This document shows positions 1-5,677 of a DNA stretch of 14,437 nt, in pieces. The stretch's first letter is position 1; every line of letters begins with the position of its first letter. The position numbers were made by a program, and so were the translations under genes. The notes below the pieces were generated by a model that saw only the letters and a program-made list of their open reading frames with translations, made no database searches and was not told where the DNA came from. Location: the NCBI GenBank assembly GCA_022560555.1, contig JADFSZ010000021.1, positions 1-14,437 on the forward strand, written 5' to 3'. The DNA is from PVC group bacterium. GTDB lineage: Bacteria > GCA-001730085 > JADFSZ01.

Positions 1-279
1 ATCAGCTGTCGCACCGGTAGTACCAAATGTTCCTACCGCAGCGCCAGCGTTCCAACCAATAACACCTGCCCCGAGTATATTCAGGTTTTCTTCCATCGCA
101 ACCTGCTCGATAGCTGAGGCAATAACCTTCATGTTATTGACACAGATACTGTCTCTGGAACGGTTTCTCGCCTTGATAAAGTTCGGAATAGCAAGAGCCG
201 CCAAAAGTCCGATGATCGCAACCACGATCATGATTTCGACCAGCGTAAAACCTTTTTCATTTCTTTGCAAATGCATCAT
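1..279 (-). CDS. Prepilin-type N-terminal cleavage/methylation-domain protein (type IV pilin / T2SS pseudopilin-like); C-terminal part lies beyond the window edge
   Basis: Open to the window edge, so absent from the ORF track. Reverse-strand translation from ATG 279 (alternative ATG 276): [10 protein letters not shown]|[83 protein letters not shown], 93 codons with no stop. It has a class III signal: short basic leader, G|FTLVE with Glu at +5, and a ~20-aa hydrophobic helix. GGAGGGAG Shine-Dalgarno at 284-291 (reverse strand). Clear paralog of the 604..1023 gene. Confidence 0.85.
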   Translation of the reverse strand, partial: MMHLQRNEKGFTLVEIMIVVAIIGLLAALAIPNFIKARNRSRDSICVNNMKVIASAIEQVAMEENLNILGAGVIGWNAGAAVGTFGTTGATAD

Positions 280-327
280 AATTCTCCCTCCTTTTAAGGT
301 TTTTGTCTTCGATTTGAATTATAGAAC

Positions 328-342
328 GCAAACCAAATGCCA
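328..342 (-). promoter_or_regulatory. Sigma-54 (-24/-12) promoter for the truncated pilin-like gene
   Basis: The reverse strand reads TGGCATTTGGTTTGC, preceded by T and followed by G. GG and GC sit at the canonical spacing of the TGGCAC-N5-TTGC consensus. The site is intergenic, about 50 nt upstream of ATG 279 and downstream of the terminator at 469-497. Confidence 0.6.
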
Positions 343-427
343 AGACAGCATTATTGAAGTTACGCCTTTGAAATAAATGTGTTATACGATTCACTGTTTA
401 GTGATTTAGTTCAAATAGTCAAAATTT

Positions 428-460
428 CTTTACAATATGAGTAAAATTGTTTTTACATCA
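428..460 (-). promoter_or_regulatory. Conserved upstream element (candidate enhancer/UAS for a sigma-54 activator), copy A
   Basis: Plus-strand CTTTACAATATGAGTAAAATTGTTTTTACATCA. It matches 10481-10513 at 26 of 33 positions without gaps, including 12/12 at CTTTACAATATG. It contains the inverted repeat ACAAT-N9-ATTGT. It lies 85 nt upstream of the -24 element at 342. Confidence 0.4.
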
Positions 461-468
461 AGGCTCAC

Positions 469-497
469 ATAAAAACACCCGTCTCAAAAAACGGGTG
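469..497 (-). terminator. Rho-independent terminator of the 604..1023 pilin-like gene
   Basis: The reverse strand reads CACCCGT-TTTTTGAG-ACGGGTG-TTTTTAT: a 7-bp GC-rich stem, an 8-nt loop and a T5 tract. The T tract exists only in the minus-strand reading. Confidence 0.7.
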
Positions 498-603
498 CCT
501 GATACATTGATTTCAACGCGGTCCTGCCTTACCTCCCCATACCTGGAACCCAAAATATCTCGTGCCTGGATTTTGAGAAGCGCAGCTTATCGGAAGACCA
601 GGC

Positions 604-1023
604 CTACTGCATTTGCCAAAAAGCTCCCGCGTTGTAGAGAAATGTCAAACTGTGCCCTGTCCCGTCACAGGTCATCTGAATGTTCCCATTCGCGGCACCT
701 ACAGCCACATACGTCCCTCCTAAAGGACAAACAGGTGCGACTCTCAAGTAACTTAAAGCTCCGACGGTACCAAACGTTCCGGGCGCCGGGGCCGCATTCC
801 AGTTGATCACCCCTACTCCTGTCAAAGGTAAATCTTCTTCCATAGCAATTCCTTCTATGGCGCTGACAATTTGCCGAAAATTGTTCAAGCATCGGGCATC
901 TCCTGAACGGGCTCGTGACTTGATATAGTTCGGAATGGCTAAGGCCGCAAGGAGGCCGATAATCGCAACAACGATCATAATTTCCACCAAAGTAAACGCC
1001 TTTATATTTTTCATCTTTCGCAT
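604..1023 (-). CDS. Prepilin-type N-terminal cleavage/methylation-domain protein (type IV pilin / T2SS pseudopilin-like), 139 aa
   Basis: MRKMKNIKA|[36 protein letters not shown]..., with Glu+5 and a hydrophobic helix. Cys residues in the C-terminal part (VCPLGG, TCDGTG) are compatible with a pilin disulfide loop. GGAGG at 1028-1032 (reverse strand) sits 4 nt before ATG 1023. The track start at 1038 would put that Shine-Dalgarno inside the CDS and coincide with the predicted sigma-54 transcription start, so 1023 is preferred. Confidence 0.9.
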   Translation of the reverse strand: MRKMKNIKAFTLVEIMIVVAIIGLLAALAIPNYIKSRARSGDARCLNNFRQIVSAIEGIAMEEDLPLTGVGVINWNAAPAPGTFGTVGALSYLRVAPVCPLGGTYVAVGAANGNIQMTCDGTGHSLTFLYNAGAFWQMQ

Positions 1024-1050
1024 GATACCTCCTTGCATGACTTAATTGGC

Positions 1051-1065
1051 GCAATACCCATGCCA
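1051..1065 (-). promoter_or_regulatory. Sigma-54 (-24/-12) promoter for the 604..1023 pilin-like gene
   Basis: The reverse strand reads TGGCATGGGTATTGC, preceded by T and followed by G, with canonical GG/GC spacing. It lies in the 65-nt gap between the glycosyltransferase stop (1089) and ATG 1023. It is embedded in a 7-bp inverted repeat, AATTGGC (1044-1050) / GCCAATT (1062-1068). Confidence 0.6.
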
Positions 1066-1088
1066 ATTGAATTAAGCACGCACAATAC

Positions 1089-1997
1089 CTATGTCAACTT
1101 ATCTATAAAAGGGGTCTTTGTACAGTATTTTTTTATCAGCTGTATATAGCTATTCCCTTCATCTCTTTTGTCTCTTTTAAAACACCCATTCGCGAGGACA
1201 TATCCCTTACGGTCCAATTCCTGCTCGGCACACTGCCTTTGAGACTCCGTCAAGGAAGCTGACTCTATCAAATTGACAATAGAACGGATGCGGAATTGAT
1301 CCATCGATGGATACCGATGAGATAGTTGATCCGGATGCCCCCCCTGTTTAACCGTTAAGGCCTCCGGAATCAGCAGCACAGGATATTGAGATGTCGCCCT
1401 CAACCATAAATCATAGTCCTCACAGGCCGGTAACGATTCATCAAAAAGCCCGATTCGATGAAAAAGATTTTTACGAACCATAACTGTCGACATGCCGATG
1501 GAGCACATTTTTAAAGATTTACGAAAGAGATTCCCTCCTTTTTGCTGATGGCTCTTTTTTTGATTCAGAAAAACACCGTTTCGAAACCACTTCTCTTGGG
1601 TATGTGAAATTAAATAGTGAGGATTCGCGATCATTCGATCCATTTGCGTTTGAAGCTTGTGCTCCAACCAATAATCATCGGAATCAAGAAAGGCAATAAA
1701 TTCTCCTTGCGCGTGAGATATACCGATATTGCGCGCATGGCTGACTCCGCCGTGCTGCGTCATGATATATTTGAGACGATCATGATACGTCTGCCGAATC
1801 CAGGGCCCGGTGCCATCGCCGGAAGCGTCATCCACAATGATCAATTCGTAGTCTCTCCAAGACTGCCTAAAAACGGATTCAATAGCCGATTTGATCATGT
1901 CTCTGCGATTATATGTTGGAATTATGACACTGATCTTAACCACACGATATCCCTTTTTACGTTCATTATCTCCACAAATAAAGACCCCTGCAAACAT
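1089..1997 (-). CDS. Family 2 glycosyltransferase (GT-A fold)
   Basis: KISVIIPTYNRRDMIKSAIESVFRQSWRDYELIIVDDASGDGT ... FLDSDDYW: the typical GT2 N-terminus with DxD-type acidic motifs. The maximal ORF starts at ATG 1997. A more typical start is GTG 1943 (MVKISVIIPTYN) with AAGGGA 6 nt upstream. Confidence 0.9.
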   Translation of the reverse strand: MFAGVFICGDNERKKGYRVVKISVIIPTYNRRDMIKSAIESVFRQSWRDYELIIVDDASGDGTGPWIRQTYHDRLKYIMTQHGGVSHARNIGISHAQGEFIAFLDSDDYWLEHKLQTQMDRMIANPHYLISHTQEKWFRNGVFLNQKKSHQQKGGNLFRKSLKMCSIGMSTVMVRKNLFHRIGLFDESLPACEDYDLWLRATSQYPVLLIPEALTVKQGGHPDQLSHRYPSMDQFRIRSIVNLIESASLTESQRQCAEQELDRKGYVLANGCFKRDKRDEGNSYIQLIKKYCTKTPFIDKLT

Positions 1998-2100
1998 GAT
2001 TCAGAGAAATCTAAGGATTTTCTTTAGTTATCTTTTGTTCTATCAATTACTTATAGTTCTAACCGAGTTTGACAAAAAGCTAAATGTATGCTTATTTTTG

Positions 2101-2128
2101 TTGACATTTGTCGTTTTTTTGCTACACT
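2101..2128 (+). promoter_or_regulatory. Candidate sigma-70 promoter for the kinase/regulator/TPR operon
   Basis: TTGACA (2101-2106), a 16-nt spacer, then TACACT (2123-2128), about 40 nt upstream of ATG 2169. Sequence match only. The -10 element matches 4 of 6. Confidence 0.35.
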
Positions 2129-2168
2129 TATTAGTTCTCGTTTCACAAAATCAACAACACTCGCACTT

Positions 2169-4286
2169 ATGGTAAAAAAAATCAACATATTAGCTGTCGA
2201 TGAGGATAAAGGGATACAGCAATTTATCTCGGACATACTCACGGATGAAGGCTTTAATGTCCAAACAGCTAATAATGGTCTCGAAGCCCTGGAACGGCTC
2301 AACAAACACACCTTTGATTTCGTCTTAACCGATCTCGACATGCAACATATGAATGGGATGGAACTTTTGGAAGAAATACAATCCAAAAATTGCAAAACAT
2401 GCGTCATCATCATGACCGGGTCCGGCTCCATCACAAGCGCCGTACAAGCCATAAAAAAGGGAGCTTATGACTATTTAACCAAGCCTTTGGATGCCGCATC
2501 CATTCTTGTCACAATCAAAAACGCCCTCAATCAAATGGATCTGGAGAACAAAGACATCCATCTTGAAAGCGAGCTCAAAAAAACACGACACCTTGAATCC
2601 GTCAGTATCGAATTGAGCCGGCAAGTTGATAATTTATTTTACCTGAATTCTTTAACGTCTGCAATCAGCGCATTCACCGATATGTCCGAACTCCAAAATT
2701 TTATCCTGGAAAACTGCAAAAAAATTCTTGGTTCACAACTCGCGTCGATTTTCCTTATGGACGATCAAGATCCGGAATATCTCGTCCTCACAGCCGTCTC
2801 CGGGGAGCACGACCCTTCGGTGATCGGAACACGGCAAAAAGTCGGCCAGGGGATCTCTGGGCGTGTCGCATTAGAAAAGAAACCCCTTCTCGTGCGTGAC
2901 ATTGACAAGGAAGCCTCTCAAATTCAAAAAACATCCCCAAGATACGGATCGAAATCTTTTATGTGTGTGCCCCTTCTTACACAAAATAAATTAATCGGGA
3001 TCATCAACGTAACAAACAAAAAAGACGAAAAATCCTTCACCCCAAGCGACGTAAATCTACTAGCCATTTTAGCGGGGCACGCCGCTAGTGCGATTGCGAA
3101 TATTCGCCATTTTAATTTGCTTGATGATTTAAATAAGAATCTCACAAAACAGATCGATCATGCCACACAAGAACTTGTTCAAAAAAACCAGGACTTGTCA
3201 GCCTTAAAGCAGTACAACGAGAACATTATCAAAAGTCTTTCTATCGGTCTTATTGTTTTTAACAAAAAATTATCCATCACATATGCCAATAACGCCATCA
3301 AAACTTTGCTCAATCTTGAGAAATTTCTTCCTAAAGACTTTGCTATATCCGATTTAGGCTTGTTTGATGCGACAACATGGAATACTGTTTATCACCAGGT
3401 CATTCATAAGCAAACGACGAAACGTATAGGGCATTATGAATACACCCAAAAAAACCGCAACCCTCTTTACCTCGATTTTATCATCAGCCCTTTTTTCGAC
3501 GAAAAAGGCGAGCTGATCGGCGGGATTCTTGTTGTCAATAATGTCACGGAACAGATCATAATCGAGCAAAAACTGGCCCACTCTGAACGGCTCGCGATTG
3601 TCGGAAAACTCGCGGCAAAAGTGGCTCACGAGCTGAATAATCCTTTAGACGGAATTTTACGATTCGTCAACCTGACCCTCTCTAAAATTCCCAAAGACAC
3701 CTCTAACGAAGAGATACTGGACTACTTAAACGAGTCAAAAGCCGGACTGATTCGCATGGCGCAAATTATCAGTTCGCTCCTTGAATTTTCACGCGGCATG
3801 CAGCCGTCAAGCGAAAAAAACCAAATCAATGAAACAATCCGGGACGCTGTTAAGGCAATGAGCCCCACGGCCATGAGCCATAATATACGCATCATTACTC
3901 AACTAAGCGATGGGCTTCCAAAGGTTTTAACCGGAAATCTTTTTCAAGTGTTAACCAACTTAATTAAAAACGCCATAGATTCAATCGATAAAAACGGGAC
4001 GGTTACAATTCGAACAAGTTCGGCACAGGATGATATCCTCCTTGAGATTCAGGATACAGGCAAAGGCATTCCGGCTCATATTCTCAAACAAATTTTTGAT
4101 CCATTTTTTACCACAAAACCCAAGGGGAAGGGAAGCGGTCTCGGCTTATCCATTTGCATGGGAATCATTGAAAAGTGCCGCGGAAAAATAGAAGTAAAGA
4201 GCATTGAAAACGAAGGAACAACATTCACGATCATTTTGCCCGCGGATCATGCGGGAGTTCAAACACTAAAATCAGGAGTAAACTAA
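2169..4286 (+). CDS. Soluble hybrid sensor histidine kinase, REC-GAF-PAS-HisKA-HATPase_c
   Basis: Receiver: INILAVDED...VLTDLDM...IIMTGSGS...YLTKP. GAF-like block: GQGISGRVALEKKPLLVRD ... CVPLLTQNKLIGIINV. PAS-like block around SIGLIVFNKKLSITYANNA. H-box VAHELNNPL, N-box LTNLIKNAIDS, G1 DTGKGI, F FDPFFTTK, G2 GSGLGLSI. No hydrophobic transmembrane segments. Start moved to ATG 2169 (MVKKINILAVDED) because the track extension 2088-2168 overlaps the candidate promoter and reads as non-protein-like sequence. Confidence 0.9.
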   Translation: MVKKINILAVDEDKGIQQFISDILTDEGFNVQTANNGLEALERLNKHTFDFVLTDLDMQHMNGMELLEEIQSKNCKTCVIIMTGSGSITSAVQAIKKGAYDYLTKPLDAASILVTIKNALNQMDLENKDIHLESELKKTRHLESVSIELSRQVDNLFYLNSLTSAISAFTDMSELQNFILENCKKILGSQLASIFLMDDQDPEYLVLTAVSGEHDPSVIGTRQKVGQGISGRVALEKKPLLVRDIDKEASQIQKTSPRYGSKSFMCVPLLTQNKLIGIINVTNKKDEKSFTPSDVNLLAILAGHAASAIANIRHFNLLDDLNKNLTKQIDHATQELVQKNQDLSALKQYNENIIKSLSIGLIVFNKKLSITYANNAIKTLLNLEKFLPKDFAISDLGLFDATTWNTVYHQVIHKQTTKRIGHYEYTQKNRNPLYLDFIISPFFDEKGELIGGILVVNNVTEQIIIEQKLAHSERLAIVGKLAAKVAHELNNPLDGILRFVNLTLSKIPKDTSNEEILDYLNESKAGLIRMAQIISSLLEFSRGMQPSSEKNQINETIRDAVKAMSPTAMSHNIRIITQLSDGLPKVLTGNLFQVLTNLIKNAIDSIDKNGTVTIRTSSAQDDILLEIQDTGKGIPAHILKQIFDPFFTTKPKGKGSGLGLSICMGIIEKCRGKIEVKSIENEGTTFTIILPADHAGVQTLKSGVN

Positions 4287-4288
4287 AC

Positions 4289-5677
4289 ATGCATAAAAAT
4301 AAAATTCTCATAGTCGATGATGATTTGATTATCAGGAAATCTTTGGCAGCTATGCTGAATGAAGAGAACTACGAAACCCAAGTTGCCGCCGATAGTCACG
4401 AAGCTCTGGAGCACCTTAAAAACACCCAAATAGATCTTATTTTGTCAGACATCAGCATGCCGGGAATGTCCGGGATTGATCTCTTAAAGGAAGTTAAAAA
4501 GTTTCATTCACACGTTATCGTGATCTTGATCACGGGTTATGGAACGATTGAAAATGCCGTTGAGTCTATAAAATACGGAGCGTATGACTATATCACGAAA
4601 CCGCTTCTGGATGAGCAGGTCAAAGTGGTGATACAGCGATCTTTAGAACAACAAGCTCTCAAAAACGAAAACGAAAAATTAAAAGAACAAATTCTACAAA
4701 TCAGCGAATCGGGAGACTCCCTGCTTTTGGGCCAGGATTACAAATTCCAAAAGATTCTCGAACTGGTTCATACCGTGGCTGATTCCAACGCCACCATTCT
4801 TATTACCGGGGAAAGCGGAACCGGAAAATCAATGATCGCAAGATCCATTCATAAATTTTCCGGACGGGCAAGTCAGCCCTTTGTTGAAGTCAGCTGCGGG
4901 ATGCTCTCGGAAACTCTTCTTGAATCCGAGCTTTTCGGCCACGTCAAAGGATCCTTTACAGGGGCTCTCAATGACAAACTTGGCAAGTTTTCCATGGCAG
5001 ACAAAGGAACCATTTTTCTGGATGAAATTGCCGTAGCCTCCCCGGCGTTACAACTAAAGCTCCTTAGAGTTCTGCAGGATCAAAAATTTGAAAGTGTCGG
5101 GGGCACAGAAACTATTGAAGTAGACACACGCGTGGTCGCGGCAACCAACCACGACCTTCAAAAGGAAGTCCACGAAAATAGATTTCGCAAAGATCTCTTT
5201 TACCGGCTCAATGTGATATCCATTCATATCCCTCCCCTGCGTGAACGTATAACAGACGTCAAAATTCTTGCCCACCATTTTCTCGAAAAATTTTGCAAGC
5301 AGAACAATAAAGATATTCATGAATTTTCACCTGATGCTATGACGGAGCTTCATAATTATACATGGCCGGGAAATATCCGTGAGCTTGAGAACGTTGTTGA
5401 GCGTGCTGTTGTTCTTTGCAAAGAAAAGATAATCACCCAAAGCTATCTCTCCATCGTTAAAGAAACAAACTTAACGGACACTCTTTTGTCCTCAACCGAC
5501 AACATCAAATCCCTCGAAGACTCTCTCGCCGGACCTGAAAGGAAAATTATCAAAATGGCGCTGGACAAAAATCATTGGAACCGTCAAGGTACGGCCCATA
5601 TGCTCGGAATAAACCGCACTACTTTGTTTCATAAAATGAAAAAATACAATCTCCATAAAAACCAGGGGGACATATGA
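4289..5677 (+). CDS. prsR: Sigma-54-dependent response regulator / enhancer-binding protein (NtrC/AtoC family; PrsR-like)
   Basis: REC: ILIVDDD...ILSDISMPG...ILITGYG...YITKP. AAA+ sigma-54 interaction domain: Walker A GESGTGKS, ESELFGH, GAFTGA-type loop GSFTGA, Walker B GTIFLDEI, RFRKDLFYRL. C-terminal Fis-type HTH: NRQGTAHMLGINRTTLFHKMKKY. It starts 2 nt after the kinase stop. The symbol is assigned from context (adjacent PrsT-like lipoprotein, exosortase locus), not from a search. Confidence 0.93.
   Translation: MHKNKILIVDDDLIIRKSLAAMLNEENYETQVAADSHEALEHLKNTQIDLILSDISMPGMSGIDLLKEVKKFHSHVIVILITGYGTIENAVESIKYGAYDYITKPLLDEQVKVVIQRSLEQQALKNENEKLKEQILQISESGDSLLLGQDYKFQKILELVHTVADSNATILITGESGTGKSMIARSIHKFSGRASQPFVEVSCGMLSETLLESELFGHVKGSFTGALNDKLGKFSMADKGTIFLDEIAVASPALQLKLLRVLQDQKFESVGGTETIEVDTRVVAATNHDLQKEVHENRFRKDLFYRLNVISIHIPPLRERITDVKILAHHFLEKFCKQNNKDIHEFSPDAMTELHNYTWPGNIRELENVVERAVVLCKEKIITQSYLSIVKETNLTDTLLSSTDNIKSLEDSLAGPERKIIKMALDKNHWNRQGTAHMLGINRTTLFHKMKKYNLHKNQGDI

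Noticed and set aside
131-376. Track ORF of 81 aa on the plus strand
   Set aside because: It lies antisense to the clearly recognisable, edge-truncated pilin-like gene (1..279, minus strand) and its promoter region. The sequence is low-complexity, with no motif and no Shine-Dalgarno. It is a shadow ORF.
447-1066. Track ORFs 447..806 (+, 119 aa) and 665..1066 (-, 133 aa)
   Set aside because: Both overlap the pilin-like CDS 604..1023 in other frames or on the other strand. The first also runs across the terminator hairpin. Arg/Ser/Cys-rich composition is typical of out-of-frame translation.
2088-2168. N-terminal 27-aa extension of the kinase ORF (MLIFVDICRFFATLISSRFTKSTTLAL)
   Set aside because: It precedes a complete receiver domain that starts at MVKKINILAVDED. 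It overlaps the candidate TTGACA/TACACT promoter and has no domain-like character. ATG 2169 is preferred, although this cannot be proven from sequence alone.
1617-2452. Track ORFs 1617..2027 (+), 1891..2175 (+), 2051..2452 (-)
   Set aside because: They are antisense or out of frame relative to the well-supported glycosyltransferase and kinase genes, or span the divergent promoter region. No recognisable motifs.
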